Shown here in pieces: positions 39,119 through 51,866 of a DNA stretch of 64,000 bases (the first letter of the stretch is position 1; each line of letters starts with the position of its first letter). Where the stretch lies: NCBI GenBank assembly GCA_040386375.1, contig JAZKFQ010000022.1, forward strand, positions 30,372 through 94,371. Reading direction: 5' to 3'. Below the pieces are notes generated by a model. It was not told the origin of the DNA, made no database searches, and saw only the letters and a program-made list of their open reading frames with translations. Made by a program: the position numbers and the translations under genes. This stretch comes from Pseudomonadota bacterium (GTDB taxonomy: Bacteria > Pseudomonadota > Gammaproteobacteria > Burkholderiales > Burkholderiaceae_C).

Positions 39119-39769
39119 ATGGACAGACAGCGCGGCATGTCTCTGGTCAGCCTGATGGTCGGCATGCTCATGCTGATGGGCTCGGCTGGGGCGTTGATGG
39201 TGTCCTACCGCTCCGTGGTGCAGAACGGCGTGGCCGCGTCTGCGAACGCCAAGCGCAGTACCGAAGTGGCGAGTGGCCTGCTGGCGGCCATGTTTGAGCT
39301 GCGACAGGCAGGATTTGGGCAAGGTGCCAGCAATGCCAAGCCCGGCGGCGCGGTCAACGTCAACCTCGTCTTGCTCAACGGCGCTGCGATGTCAGGGGCG
39401 TCGCTTGCAGGCGCGGCCCAAGCCGTCGGCACCACGGTGGTTTCTGGGAATGCGCTGGTCTGGGACACCGGCATCAACGGATCGGTCCAGTGCAGTGCGC
39501 TGGTCGGCACCGCAGCGGGCGCGTTGCTGCGCCTCGGCCCTGTGCCCTGTGCCCAAGCCAGCGCCTGGGGCAGCCTCAACTGGGGCAGCCCCACCCAGAT
39601 CATCACGATCGGGGCTGGTGCGGTCTCGATGCAGGTGCAAAAGACCAGCTGTTGGCCCTATGGCCTTGCCCCGGCTGCCAGCGCATCGATTCCGAGCCTT
39701 GTCCAGGTCACGGTGGTCGGCACCGGCACCGGTGCCGCGTCCGCCTGCCTGGCCAGCCTGCCCAACTGA
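39119..39769 (+). CDS. PilW-like minor pilin
   Basis: QRG|MSLVSLMVGM, ELRQAGFG. Confidence 0.78.
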   Translation: MDRQRGMSLVSLMVGMLMLMGSAGALMVSYRSVVQNGVAASANAKRSTEVASGLLAAMFELRQAGFGQGASNAKPGGAVNVNLVLLNGAAMSGASLAGAAQAVGTTVVSGNALVWDTGINGSVQCSALVGTAAGALLRLGPVPCAQASAWGSLNWGSPTQIITIGAGAVSMQVQKTSCWPYGLAPAASASIPSLVQVTVVGTGTGAASACLASLPN

Positions 39770-39785
39770 GTCAGCGAGCGCAATC

Positions 39786-41462
39786 ATGCAGAAGTTTCAA
39801 TGCCACACCACTGTTGCCAAGCGCCGACGCCAGCGCGGCGCAGCCTCGCTGCTGCTGCTGCTGCTGGCGGCGATGGGCCTGATGTCGGCCACCTTCAGCA
39901 TGATGGCGTCGACCCGCAATCAGCAGAAGATGCAGTTCGCTGCCCACACTGCGACGCAGGCCCACATGCGGGCCTGGGCCGGCGTGACGGCGATCTCGCA
40001 GGCGGTCAAGGGTGCACTGACCCAGTCCGGCGTCACATCGTCCAACCTGGCCACCAAGTTGGGCACGGCAGGTTCCCCCGTGTCGGTCAGCGGTCTGACG
40101 GGCGTGTCTGCCCTGTACCGCGGCGCTGATGCCAACGGCTACCTGCTGTTCGATGTCACCGGGGCCAGCGCCGGCGCCACCGGCACGCTGCGGGTCGCGA
40201 TCCATCTGCTCGGTGGCGCTGGCACGTCGTCAGCAACGTTGTCCGGGCCGTTGCAATTGACAGGCAACACCACCGTCAGCGGCAGCGCGTCCTTCACCGG
40301 CCTGAACACGGCATTGGCCAACATCACAGTCAAGAGCGGCACGCTGAGCCTCAGCGGCTCAGCGAGTGGGTTCGGCACGATCTGTTCGACCGGCGACCTG
40401 ACGATCTCGGGCTCGGTCGACGTCGAGACGGCCTGCAGCAACAGCAATGTCGCGGTGAGCGGCAGCTCCTACGCCAAAACGGCCGTTGCCTCCGGCACCA
40501 TCGACGCCAGCGACAAGAACGTGACGACCCGGACCATCAGCAGCGGACCGGCGTTCCCTCCCCCGCCGTTGCTGGCCATCGACGCCTACGTGCTGCGCTC
40601 GCAGGCGAACCTCACCTTCACCGGGGTCGACGCGGCAGGCAATGTGATGGTCACCGCCCGCAAGATCGCCGGTGTGACCGACGGCGCCTACTTTCTGGCC
40701 AGGAGTGCTGGCGCCCCCGATTTCCTGTGCGCCAGCGTCGCCGGCACGAACTGTGTCAATCCGATCACGCGGGTGTGCTACGGCGCCAATCCCAGCAACA
40801 GTTGCTTTGCCTACAGCAGCAGTGGCGGGCAGTGGACAGTGACCGCGCAGTCGATGCTGCGGCTGGCAGTGGCCTTCAACGGGTCGTTGCAGCTGTTGGA
40901 CGGCCGCTTCATCAACACCATGATCGCCACTGGCGACATCGCGGTGGCCACCGGGGTGACCGTCTATGCGCCCAACATCGTGGGCGACGGGGCATGCCAG
41001 GGTGCCGGCTATGCGGGCAGCGAAGGCAGCGCCCCGGTGGGTACCCTGACCAGTTACCAGCTGTCTACGACCTACATTCCCACGCAGCTGTGCACCGGAT
41101 CGGGCGCGTCGGCGGTGTCGTCGGCCAGCTCGCTGAGCAATGTGGCGCTGTACGCGGGCGGCTACTCGGGCGCCAACCAGACCGGCTTCACGGGCGGCAA
41201 TGTCAGCTTGTCGGGCAATGCCGAGGTGTATGGCAATGTGCTGGCCGGCCAGTACATCTCCGCCGGTGCCTCCACGATGATCAGCGGTTCCATCGTGTCC
41301 GGGCAGCAGGGCGGGGCCACCAGCACCGGCAATGTCCTGGGCGGCCATTCCAAGGTCAGGAACTTTGGCGCCACCTCGTTCAGCCACATCAGCGTCCCTT
41401 GCGTGGCCAGCAGCTGCGCCACGCCAGCGGCCTACAACATCGCGTGGGTGGCGCCGATCTGA
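39786..41462 (+). CDS. PilX-like prepilin fused to a long Ser/Gly/Thr/Cys-rich putative adhesin region (558 aa)
   Basis: RQRG|AASLLLLLLAAMGL lacking Glu+5, A...AWAG, then repetitive LSGNAEVYGNV-type strands and 10 Cys in the mature part. Confidence 0.75.
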   Translation: MQKFQCHTTVAKRRRQRGAASLLLLLLAAMGLMSATFSMMASTRNQQKMQFAAHTATQAHMRAWAGVTAISQAVKGALTQSGVTSSNLATKLGTAGSPVSVSGLTGVSALYRGADANGYLLFDVTGASAGATGTLRVAIHLLGGAGTSSATLSGPLQLTGNTTVSGSASFTGLNTALANITVKSGTLSLSGSASGFGTICSTGDLTISGSVDVETACSNSNVAVSGSSYAKTAVASGTIDASDKNVTTRTISSGPAFPPPPLLAIDAYVLRSQANLTFTGVDAAGNVMVTARKIAGVTDGAYFLARSAGAPDFLCASVAGTNCVNPITRVCYGANPSNSCFAYSSSGGQWTVTAQSMLRLAVAFNGSLQLLDGRFINTMIATGDIAVATGVTVYAPNIVGDGACQGAGYAGSEGSAPVGTLTSYQLSTTYIPTQLCTGSGASAVSSASSLSNVALYAGGYSGANQTGFTGGNVSLSGNAEVYGNVLAGQYISAGASTMISGSIVSGQQGGATSTGNVLGGHSKVRNFGATSFSHISVPCVASSCATPAAYNIAWVAPI

Positions 41463-41530
41463 CAACTTCAGCGCCCCGTGGCGCGCTGCAGCCGCTCCGA
41501 TCCACAAGGGCCGCGCCAGGACGCTTGACG

Positions 41531-41986
41531 ATGTACCGACCGATCCGATCGATCCGCCCCGGCCACGCCGCAGGCTTGCACCGCCGCGGCTTCACCTTGA
41601 TCGAGTTGCTGATCGCCGTGGCGGTGGCGTGCTTGCTGGCAGCCCTGACCTACCCCAGCTACCAGTCGCAGCTGGCCAAGGGCCGGCGCGCCGACGCCAG
41701 GCAGGCGCTGCTGGAGCTGTCGCAGAAGATGGAGCGCCACCACACCGAGCGCGGCACTTACCTGGGCGCCGCCGTGGGTGCGGGCGGCCTGTATCCGGGC
41801 CTGAGCAGCGGCGGCCACTACAGCCTGGCCATCAGCGCACAGACACCGGACGGTTTCATGCTGCGTGCCACGCCGCGCGGCGGACAGGCCGACGATGCAT
41901 GCGCCAGCTTTCTCTATGACCAGCTGGGCGAGCAGCGGGTGAGCAGCGAGGCCCGGCTCAGCGCGGCCAGTTGCTGGCAGTCGTAA
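41531..41986 (+). CDS. pilE: PilE type IV pilin
   Basis: RRG|FTLIELLIAVAV, YPSYQSQLAKGRRADA, QADDACASF, CW C-terminus. Confidence 0.9.
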   Translation: MYRPIRSIRPGHAAGLHRRGFTLIELLIAVAVACLLAALTYPSYQSQLAKGRRADARQALLELSQKMERHHTERGTYLGAAVGAGGLYPGLSSGGHYSLAISAQTPDGFMLRATPRGGQADDACASFLYDQLGEQRVSSEARLSAASCWQS

Positions 41987-42000
41987 CGGCCGAGAGCGCC

Positions 42001-43068
<1,068 letters not shown>

Positions 43069-43105
43069 CCAGTGATTGTCCACCGAACCGGTGGTGCCGG
43101 CGTGC

Positions 43106-43678
43106 TCAGGTCAGCGACTTCATCGCCAGCTTGATGCCTTCGCTGACGCCGACATCGGCCGGCAGCTTGCGCAGCGCCGCCGCCGCATCCTTCTCGCTGT
43201 AGCCCAGGGCCACCAGCGCCTGCACGATGTCGGCCTGGGCGTCGCTGGTGATGGCCGCGCCGGCTGCGCCGATGTCGGGGGCGAGCTTGCCCTTGAGTTC
43301 GAGCAGCAGGCGCTCGGCCGTCTTCTTGCCGATGCCCGGCACCTTGACCAGGCGGCCGGCCTGCTGCTGCGCCACCGCCTGCGACAGCTCGGTCACGCTG
43401 AGGCCGGACAGCAGGGCCAGCGCCATCTTCGGCCCGATGCCGCTGATGCGGATCAGCAGCCGGAACGCGGCGCGCTCGGCGGCGGTGAGGAAGCCGTAGA
43501 GCAGCTGGGCGTCCTCGCGCACCACGAAATGGATGAGCAGGGTCACGCGCTCACCCAGCGCCGGCAGGTTGTAGAAGCTGCTCATGGGCACGTCGACTTC
43601 GTAGCCGACGCCGCCCACATCGATCAGCACCTGCGGTGGGGTCTTCTCTGCCAGCTGGCCAGTCAGTCGTCCGATCAT
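43106..43678 (-). CDS. ruvA: Holliday junction branch migration protein
   Basis: [42 protein letters not shown]. Confidence 0.98.
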   Translation of the reverse strand: MIGRLTGQLAEKTPPQVLIDVGGVGYEVDVPMSSFYNLPALGERVTLLIHFVVREDAQLLYGFLTAAERAAFRLLIRISGIGPKMALALLSGLSVTELSQAVAQQQAGRLVKVPGIGKKTAERLLLELKGKLAPDIGAAGAAITSDAQADIVQALVALGYSEKDAAAALRKLPADVGVSEGIKLAMKSLT

Positions 43679-43690
43679 CTCGGGCCCGCC

Positions 43691-43753
43691 CGGCCGCCCG
43701 AAGGGCTCGAGGCGCCCCCTCGGGGGGCAGCGAACAACGTGAGCGTGGGGGCC
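43691..43753. repeat. REP-like palindromic element in the ruvA leader
   Basis: GCCCCC-TCG-GGGGGC followed by AGCG...GAGCGTGGGGGCC; related layout to 4766-4848. Confidence 0.6.
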
Positions 43754-43779
43754 GTCATCCGGACGATTGTGGCCTACCG

Positions 43780-44427
43780 CTATCGGCGGAACAGGCCCAG
43801 GCGCTGCGCCTCGAGAGCCGCCTCGGCACGCGAGCTCACGTTGAGCTTGCGGTAGATCTGCTTCACGTAGTCGGCGATGGTGTGGCGGGACAGGCCCAGC
43901 TGCACGCCGATCTCGGGCAGGGTGAAGCCCTTGGCCACGCGCAGCAGCACTTCGCTTTCACGCTCGGTGAGCGACACCGCCGGCATGGCATTGGCCTGCG
44001 GCTGGTTCTGGCTGGCGAAGTACTTGATCACCTTGCGCGCGATCGACGGCGACAGCGGCGGCTCGCCCTGGCTGATGCGCTGCAGCTGCTCGGTGATCAG
44101 CTCGCGCGACTGTTCCTTCAGGATGTAGCCGTAGGCGCCGGCCTGCAGCGCGGGGAACAGGTGCTCGTCGTCGTCGTGGATGGTGACCACCACGCACTGC
44201 GCCTCGGGCTGCACGTCGCGCAGCTTGGCCACCACGTCGGTGCCGCTGCCGTCGGGCAGGCCCAGGTCGCACAGCGCCAGGTCGAAGCGCAGGCTCTGCA
44301 CCTGCAGCAGGGCGTCCTGCACACGGGAACACTCGGTGATGCGGGCGTTAGGAAACACCTGCAGCACCAGGCTCTTGAGCCAGGCGCGGATCTCGGGCAG
44401 GTCTTCGAGCAGCAGGATGTTGTTCAT
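43780..44427 (-). CDS. NarL/LuxR-family response regulator
   Basis: [43 protein letters not shown]. Confidence 0.95.
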   Translation of the reverse strand: MNNILLLEDLPEIRAWLKSLVLQVFPNARITECSRVQDALLQVQSLRFDLALCDLGLPDGSGTDVVAKLRDVQPEAQCVVVTIHDDDEHLFPALQAGAYGYILKEQSRELITEQLQRISQGEPPLSPSIARKVIKYFASQNQPQANAMPAVSLTERESEVLLRVAKGFTLPEIGVQLGLSRHTIADYVKQIYRKLNVSSRAEAALEAQRLGLFRR

Positions 44428-44482
44428 CACGGGTCAATCCATCGCGGCACGAGAGCCGCACCCGATGGATGCTAGCAGCGGG

Positions 44483-46369
44483 TCAGCGCCCTGTGGTGTG
44501 CTGCTCGAGCGGCAACGTGAGGCGTATCACGGTTCCGTAGCCTGGGCCCGACTCGACCAGGCATTGGCCCTGCAACTGCTTGGCCCGGCCCTTCATGCTG
44601 GCCATGCCGTGGCCCTTGTCCAGCCGGCCGTCCAACTCGGTGGGGATGCCCTTGCCGTTGTCCTGCACCACCAGCTGGAAATCGCCGTTGGCGATGGTGC
44701 AGCGCACGGTGCACTGCGAGGCGCCGCTGTGCTTGATGATGTTGCTCACCGCCTCGCGCAGGATGCGCGTGGTCTGCACATAGGCGCGCGAGGACAGGGT
44801 CTGCGGCACCTCGTCGTCCGATGGCGCGCTCCACTCGCCCTGCACACCTGATTGCTGCAGCCGCGACACCACCTCGGCGCGCCAGTCGCCCAGCGCATCC
44901 AGCAGCTTCACCGGCTTGCCGGTGAGGCCGCGCACCGACAGGCGCATCTCCTCCAGCGCCTCGCGCGCCAGGGTGCTGATGCGGGTGTCGTCGCTGGTGT
45001 GCACGATGGTCAGCAGCTTGGCGCCCAGGTCGTCGTGCAGGTCGGCGGCGATGCGCTTGCGCTCGCGGTCGGTCACCTGCTCCACCTTCAGCTCGGAGAG
45101 CTGGGCGAAGTTGCGCTCGATCTGCGCGGTGGCCTCGCGGATGCGCACTTCCAGCTCGGCACGGTTCTGCTCGGCACTCTGGAAGGCGCGGCCGTACTGC
45201 TGCACCAGGCGCAGGCCCAGCGCCAGAAAGCCCAGTGCCGGCAGCAGCGGCGCCACATGCAGCACCCGGCTGTCCAGCCGCCAGCCCAGGGCCAGCAGTT
45301 CCACCAGCAGCGATGCCGCCACCACCCCCAGCAGCGCGGCCATGGGCCACAGCTGGCGGCTGCGCTGGCGGCTGGCCTGCAGCAGGTAGAACACCGCGGC
45401 GGCCAGCACCTGGGCCGACAGCAGCACGTACCAGACGCCCGAGGCCAGGTACAGGCGCTGCGGCCCCAGCGCCAGCAGGGTGGCCGGCATCAGCAGGCAT
45501 TGCGCGGGCAGGGCGATGTCCAGCCAGCGCAGGCGCTGCTTGGCGTAGCGCATCAGGAACTGCACCGCCGCCAGCGTGATGAAGGCCATCAGCGCGGCCA
45601 GCGCGGCCTCGGTGGTGGCGTTGTCCACCGGCAGGTCGGCCGCCCACAGGCGCGACAGCAGCAGCGACCAGCCCACCATCAGCGCGCCGAAGTAGGCCAG
45701 GTAGCTCTGCGCCCGGTTGAACCAGCCCATCACGAACATGAAGCTGCCCATCAGCACCAGGGCGCCGCTCAACACCTCGGGCAGGCGGCTGGCGAACAGC
45801 AGGCGGCGGGCATGGTGCGTGGCCATGGTCTCGTAGGGCCCGAACTCCACCGCCGACAGGCCGCCGGCACGCTGGCGTGCGCTGACCTCGGCCAGGGCGT
45901 AGCCGCGCACACGCAGGTCCAGCGCGTTGTTGCCGGGCTGGAGCAGGGCCGCCGGCACGGCCACCAGCTGCGGCCGGTGGCAGTGGCGCGACACCGGTTC
46001 GTCGAAGCTGCCGCCATCGTGGATCAGCTGGCCGTTCAGCCACACCGCCATCACGCTGCAGGCGCGCTCCACGTACAGGCCGTACAAGCTGCTGGCGCCG
46101 GCCCCGGCGGCCGGCGCCGGCAGTGCCAGGCGGTAGGTCACCAGGCCACGCTGGCCGGGCCGGCTGGTGGCCCAGTCGTCGGGCAGGGCCACCGGCTGCG
46201 CGGTGGTCCAGTCGTCGGGCTGGCCGGCCTGGCGGGGCAGCAGCAGCGCCTGCTCGATGGTCAGCACCTGGGGCGCTGCCGCGGCCAGGCCGCTGGCCAG
46301 CAGGCAGGCGGCCAGCCAGACGGTCAACAGGGCGCGCAGCAGGCGGGCAGGCGGGGAGGTCCGGAGCAT
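44483..46369 (-). CDS. Membrane sensor histidine kinase (7TM-DISM-like, HisKA_3)
   Basis: Seven TM segments, [37 protein letters not shown]. Confidence 0.92.
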   Translation of the reverse strand: MLRTSPPARLLRALLTVWLAACLLASGLAAAAPQVLTIEQALLLPRQAGQPDDWTTAQPVALPDDWATSRPGQRGLVTYRLALPAPAAGAGASSLYGLYVERACSVMAVWLNGQLIHDGGSFDEPVSRHCHRPQLVAVPAALLQPGNNALDLRVRGYALAEVSARQRAGGLSAVEFGPYETMATHHARRLLFASRLPEVLSGALVLMGSFMFVMGWFNRAQSYLAYFGALMVGWSLLLSRLWAADLPVDNATTEAALAALMAFITLAAVQFLMRYAKQRLRWLDIALPAQCLLMPATLLALGPQRLYLASGVWYVLLSAQVLAAAVFYLLQASRQRSRQLWPMAALLGVVAASLLVELLALGWRLDSRVLHVAPLLPALGFLALGLRLVQQYGRAFQSAEQNRAELEVRIREATAQIERNFAQLSELKVEQVTDRERKRIAADLHDDLGAKLLTIVHTSDDTRISTLAREALEEMRLSVRGLTGKPVKLLDALGDWRAEVVSRLQQSGVQGEWSAPSDDEVPQTLSSRAYVQTTRILREAVSNIIKHSGASQCTVRCTIANGDFQLVVQDNGKGIPTELDGRLDKGHGMASMKGRAKQLQGQCLVESGPGYGTVIRLTLPLEQHTTGR

Positions 46370-46462
46370 GGCGGCCGATTGTGCGGGATGCACCAGGCGG
46401 CCAATCGGCGGAGAATCCGCGGCCCAGCCCCACAGTCCCGCGCCTGGCGACGGGCCCACACC

Positions 46463-47443
46463 GTGATCCTGCGCCACAACTTCGAGCCCACCGACAACAC
46501 CCGTCTGGCCCATCTCAGCGGCGCCTTCGACGCCCACCTGCGCAGCATCGAGGCGGCGCTGGCGGTGCGCATCAGCCGGCGCGACGCCGCCTTCCGCGTG
46601 GAGGGCGGGCGCGCCGAGGTGGCACGTGCGATGGCGCTGCTGCAGGCGCTGTACGAACGCGCGGCGCGGCCGATCTCGGCCGAGACCCTGCAGCTGGCCC
46701 TGGTGGAGGCACGTGGCGCCGCGGCCGGCCAGAACGGCAAGGACGGCCCGGCCCTGCCGCCCGGCGCCGAGGCCATCAGCCTGCACACCCGGCGCGCCGA
46801 TCTGCGTGGGCGCACGCCCAACCAGGTGCAGTACCTGCACAACATCCTGAGCCACGACATCAGCTTCGGCATCGGCCCGGCGGGCACCGGCAAGACCTTT
46901 CTGGCCGTGGCCTGCGCGGTGGACGCGCTGGAGCGCAGCGGCGTGCAGCGGGTGGTGCTCACCCGCCCGGCGGTGGAAGCCGGCGAGCGCCTGGGCTTCT
47001 TGCCGGGCGACCTGGCGCAGAAGGTCGACCCCTACCTGCGCCCGCTGTACGACGCGCTCTACGACCTGATGGGCTTCGACCGGGTGCAGGTGGCCTTCGA
47101 GAAGGGCCTGCTGGAGATCGCGCCACTGGCCTTCATGCGCGGGCGCACGCTGAACCATTCGTTCGTGATCCTGGACGAGGCGCAGAACACCACGCCCGAG
47201 CAGATGAAGATGTTCCTCACCCGCATCGGCTTTGGCAGCCGCGCGGTGGTGACGGGTGATGTGAGCCAGATCGACCTGCCCAAGGGCATGGGCAGCGGCC
47301 TGGTGGATGCGGCGGCGGTGCTGCAGGGTGTGCGGGGCATCGCCTTCAGCCACTTCACATCGGCCGACGTGGTGCGCCACCCGCTGGTGGCGCGCATCGT
47401 CGAGGCCTATGACGCGGCAGGTCTGGCTGCGAAGAAGCCATGA
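46463..47443 (+). CDS. phoH: PhoH family ATPase
   Basis: [40 protein letters not shown]; GTG start. Confidence 0.95.
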   Translation: MILRHNFEPTDNTRLAHLSGAFDAHLRSIEAALAVRISRRDAAFRVEGGRAEVARAMALLQALYERAARPISAETLQLALVEARGAAAGQNGKDGPALPPGAEAISLHTRRADLRGRTPNQVQYLHNILSHDISFGIGPAGTGKTFLAVACAVDALERSGVQRVVLTRPAVEAGERLGFLPGDLAQKVDPYLRPLYDALYDLMGFDRVQVAFEKGLLEIAPLAFMRGRTLNHSFVILDEAQNTTPEQMKMFLTRIGFGSRAVVTGDVSQIDLPKGMGSGLVDAAAVLQGVRGIAFSHFTSADVVRHPLVARIVEAYDAAGLAAKKP

Positions 47444-47883
47444 TCCAGCGCGCCGCACTCAGCCTGTCCCTGCAGTTTGCCGACCCCGGCCTGCGGGCGC
47501 TGTTGCCGCGCCACAAGGTGCAGCGCTGGCTGTGCGCGGCGCTGGACGCGCCGGCCGAGATCACCGTGCGTTTTGTCGGGGACGCCGAGGGCCGGCAGCT
47601 GAACCACGATTTCCGCGCCAAGGACTACGCCACCAACGTGCTCACCTTCGACTACCAGCATGCGCCGGTGGTGGTGGCCGACCTGGTGCTGGCCGCCGGC
47701 GTGCTGGCGCGCGAGGCGGCCGAACTCGGCCTGCCGGTGGCCGACCACGCCGCCCACCTGCTGGTGCATGCCGCCCTGCATGCGCAGGGCCATGACCATG
47801 AGGACGATGAAGAGGCGGCCGCGATGGAAGCCCGTGAGAGCGCCATCCTGCTGGGCCTGGGCCTGCACGACCCCTACCGTTGA
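47440..47883 (+). CDS. ybeY: rRNA maturation RNase YbeY
   Basis: [29 protein letters not shown]. Confidence 0.94.
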   Translation: MIQRAALSLSLQFADPGLRALLPRHKVQRWLCAALDAPAEITVRFVGDAEGRQLNHDFRAKDYATNVLTFDYQHAPVVVADLVLAAGVLAREAAELGLPVADHAAHLLVHAALHAQGHDHEDDEEAAAMEARESAILLGLGLHDPYR

Positions 47884-47912
47884 GCCCCTCGTCCGGCGCT
47901 GCGCCGCGCGGA

Positions 47913-49056
<1,144 letters not shown>

Positions 49057-49062
49057 CGTATC

Positions 49063-49175
49063 GGGTGGCCGCTGCGAGGTGACCGCTCCCTGCTTTTCCT
49101 CCCTGAGCAGGTGCCTTGGCGTGATGACAGCGGCAAGGCTTCCCGCCCCAGTCTCCGTGACTGGGGTTCTTTTTT
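49063..49175 (+). ncRNA. Candidate ~110-nt trans-acting small RNA
   Basis: Own promoter, CU-rich CTTTTCCTCCCTG stretch, internal stem GCCTTG/CAAGGC, ends in an intrinsic terminator; no ORF inside. Confidence 0.6.
49145..49175 (+). terminator. Rho-independent terminator
   Basis: CCCCAGTC-TCCGT-GACTGGGG then TTCTTTTTT. Confidence 0.85.
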
Positions 49176-49237
49176 GGTCGCCCGCTCACTTTGGGCGTTG
49201 GGCCGCCAGGCGCCGCAGGCATCGTGATAATGGGCCC

Positions 49238-49678
49238 ATGAGCTCAGCCTACCTGTGGATCAAGGCCTTCCACATCGTCTTCGTGGCCAGCTGGTTCGCC
49301 GGCCTGTTCTACCTGCCGCGCATCTTCGTCAACCTGGCCATGGTGCCGGCCGACAGCCATGCCGAACGCGAGCGCCTGCTGCTGATGGGCCGCAAGCTCT
49401 ACCGCTTTGCCAACATCCTGATGCTGGTGTCGCTGGTGCTGGGCACCTGGCTGTGGCTGGGCTATGGCGCGGGCCGCTTCGCCGGCAGCGGCTGGCTGCA
49501 TGCCAAGCTGGCCCTGGTGGTGGTGGTGATTGGCTACCAGCATGTCTGCCGCGGCCACCTGCGCCGCTTCGAGCAGTTCAGCAACAAGCGCAGCCACCGC
49601 TGGTTCCGGGTGTTCAACGAGGTGTCGGTGCTGCTGTTCATCGCCATCGTGGTGCTGGCGGTGGTCAAGCCGTTCTAG
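49238..49678 (+). CDS. hemJ: Protoporphyrinogen oxidase HemJ (CopD-like)
   Basis: YLWIKAFHIVFVASWFAGLFYLPRIFV, WLHAKL, FRVFNE. Confidence 0.92.
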   Translation: MSSAYLWIKAFHIVFVASWFAGLFYLPRIFVNLAMVPADSHAERERLLLMGRKLYRFANILMLVSLVLGTWLWLGYGAGRFAGSGWLHAKLALVVVVIGYQHVCRGHLRRFEQFSNKRSHRWFRVFNEVSVLLFIAIVVLAVVKPF

Positions 49679-49693
49679 CGCGGGCACCGCGCC

Positions 49694-50812
49694 GTGCGCA
49701 ACAGCCCTGGCATTGCCCGCAGCTCGGCCGTGCCGCTGGCCTGGGCCTGGGCCGCGCTGATCGTCTACGCCAGCCTGTTCCCCTTCGATGGCTGGCGCTG
49801 GCCGCCCGGCGTGCCGGCCTGGCAGCTGCTGCGCCTGCCCTGGCCGCGCTACTTCATCCCCTTCGACATCGCCGGCAACCTGCTGGCCTATGCGCCGCTG
49901 GGCGGCCTGGTGGCGCTGGCCCAGCTGCGCCATGGCCGCGGTGCGCTGGCCGCCCTGGCCAGCGGCATGCTGCTGGGCCTGGGCCTGTCGTATGCGATGG
50001 AGCTGACCCAGCACCTGCTGCCCCGGCGTGTGCCCTCGCTGCTGGACTGGGTGCTGAACGCGGCGGGTGCCAGCCTGGGTGCGCTGGTGGCGCTGGCGGC
50101 CGGATGGCTGGGCCTGCTGCGGCGCTGGCAGGCCGCGCGCGACCGCTGGCTGGACCACGGCAACGCCGGTGCGCTGGCCCTGCTGTTGCTGTGGCCGGTG
50201 GCGCTGCTGTTTCCCACGCCGGTGCCGCTGGGCCTGGGCCAGGTGGGCGAGGTGCTGCGGGACGCCCTGGCCGCGCTGCTGGTCGACGTGCCCTGGGCGC
50301 AGCCGGTGTCCGACTGGCTGGTGCCCTCGCTGGAGGCGCCGGTGGCCCTGTCGCCCCAGGCCGATGCGCTGGCGGTGATGCTGGGCCTGCTGTCGCCCTG
50401 CCTGCTGGCGTTCTCGGCGGCGCGGCCGGGCTGGCGGCGCCTGGGCCTGGCGCTGGGAGCCGCGGCGATGGCCGTGGGTGCCACCACCCTGTCCACGGTG
50501 CTGAACTTCGGCCCCGACCATGCGCTGGCCTGGCGCACCCCCAGCACGCTGGCGGCCATGGGCGTGGCCTTGCTGCTGGCGCTGGCCTGCCTGTGGCTGG
50601 GGCCGCGCCTGGCCGGTGCGCTGGCCCTGGTGGCGCTGACCGGCCTGGTGGTGCTGGTGCATGGTGCGCCCACCGACCCCTACTTCGCCGACAGCCTGCA
50701 CGGCTGGGAGCAGGGCCGCTTCGTGCGCTTCCACGGCGTGGCGCAATGGCTGGGCTGGCTGTGGCCGTATGCGGCCATGGCCTGGCTGCTGGCGCGGGTG
50801 GGCCGGCGCTGA
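49694..50812 (+). CDS. VanZ family membrane protein
   Basis: LIVYASLFPF, DIAGNLLAYAPLG, ELTQHLLPRRVPSLLDWVLN. Confidence 0.85.
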   Translation: MRNSPGIARSSAVPLAWAWAALIVYASLFPFDGWRWPPGVPAWQLLRLPWPRYFIPFDIAGNLLAYAPLGGLVALAQLRHGRGALAALASGMLLGLGLSYAMELTQHLLPRRVPSLLDWVLNAAGASLGALVALAAGWLGLLRRWQAARDRWLDHGNAGALALLLLWPVALLFPTPVPLGLGQVGEVLRDALAALLVDVPWAQPVSDWLVPSLEAPVALSPQADALAVMLGLLSPCLLAFSAARPGWRRLGLALGAAAMAVGATTLSTVLNFGPDHALAWRTPSTLAAMGVALLLALACLWLGPRLAGALALVALTGLVVLVHGAPTDPYFADSLHGWEQGRFVRFHGVAQWLGWLWPYAAMAWLLARVGRR

Positions 50813-50873
50813 TCGCCGCGTGCCCATGTGCCGGCCCAGGGTTTCCCCGGGCGCTCTCTACAATCCAGGCCCC

Positions 50874-51200
50874 ATGAGTTACTACAAGCACCACATCTTC
50901 TTCTGCCTCAACCAGCGCAGCAACGGCGAGGCCTGTTGTGCCGACCATGGCGCGCAGGCCGGCTTCGACCATTGCAAGCAGCGGGTCAAGGCCGCCGGGC
51001 TGGCGGGTGTGGGTGGCGTGCGGGTGAACAAGGCCGGCTGCCTGGACCGCTGTGCCGGCGGCCCGGTGGCCGTGGTCTACCCCGAGGAGACCTGGTACAC
51101 CTTCGTGGACAACGCCGACATCGACGAGATCGTCGAGTCGCATCTGAAACACGGCAAGCCGGTGGAGCGCCTGCGCCTGGCGCCCGATGTCGGACGCTGA
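50874..51200 (+). CDS. Thioredoxin-like [2Fe-2S] ferredoxin
   Basis: HHIFFCLN...C, RVNKAGCLDRC..GPVAVVYPEETWY. Confidence 0.92.
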   Translation: MSYYKHHIFFCLNQRSNGEACCADHGAQAGFDHCKQRVKAAGLAGVGGVRVNKAGCLDRCAGGPVAVVYPEETWYTFVDNADIDEIVESHLKHGKPVERLRLAPDVGR

Positions 51201-51206
51201 CCCCGC

Positions 51207-51833
51207 ATGAAGCAGGACACCCAGCGCAGCAGCATCGCCGGACCCGCCGGCGCACTGGAATGCGCCACCGATCTGCCCGCCGGCAGCCCACGCGGCACGG
51301 TGGTGTTGTGCCACCCGCACCCGCTGCACGGTGGCACGCAGGACAACAAGGTGGTGCAGACCCTGGCACGTGCCTTTCTGCAGCTGGGCTACCGTGCCGT
51401 GCGCTTCAACTTCCGCGGTGTGGGTGGCTCGGCCGGCAGCTGGGACGAGGGGCGTGGCGAGATCGACGACGCGCTGGCGGTGGTCGCGGCCGAGCGTGCC
51501 GCCCATCCCGGCCTGCCACTGGCGCTGGGCGGCTTCTCCTTCGGTGGCTACGTGGCCGCGCAGGCGGCCGACCGCCTGCAGGCCGCTGGCAGCCCGGTGC
51601 AGCGCCTGGTGCTGGTGGGCCCGGCCACCAGCCGCTTCACCTTGCCTGCCACCGTGGCGCCCGACACCGTGGTCATCCACGGCGAGGCCGACGACGTGGT
51701 GCCGCTGGCATCCACACTGGACTGGGCGCGGCCGCAGGTGCTGCCGGTGATCGTGCTGCCCGGCGTCGGGCATTTCTTCCATGGCCAGCTCACTCTGCTG
51801 AAGAACCAGGTCGTGCAGGCCTGGCATCCCTGA
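51207..51833 (+). CDS. Alpha/beta hydrolase
   Basis: CHPHPLHGGT.DNKVV, RFNFRGVG, GFSFG, HGEADDVV, GHFFHG. Confidence 0.9.
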   Translation: MKQDTQRSSIAGPAGALECATDLPAGSPRGTVVLCHPHPLHGGTQDNKVVQTLARAFLQLGYRAVRFNFRGVGGSAGSWDEGRGEIDDALAVVAAERAAHPGLPLALGGFSFGGYVAAQAADRLQAAGSPVQRLVLVGPATSRFTLPATVAPDTVVIHGEADDVVPLASTLDWARPQVLPVIVLPGVGHFFHGQLTLLKNQVVQAWHP

Positions 51834-51866
51834 GCCGGCCTCCTCTTCCCTTTTTTCCGGATCCTG

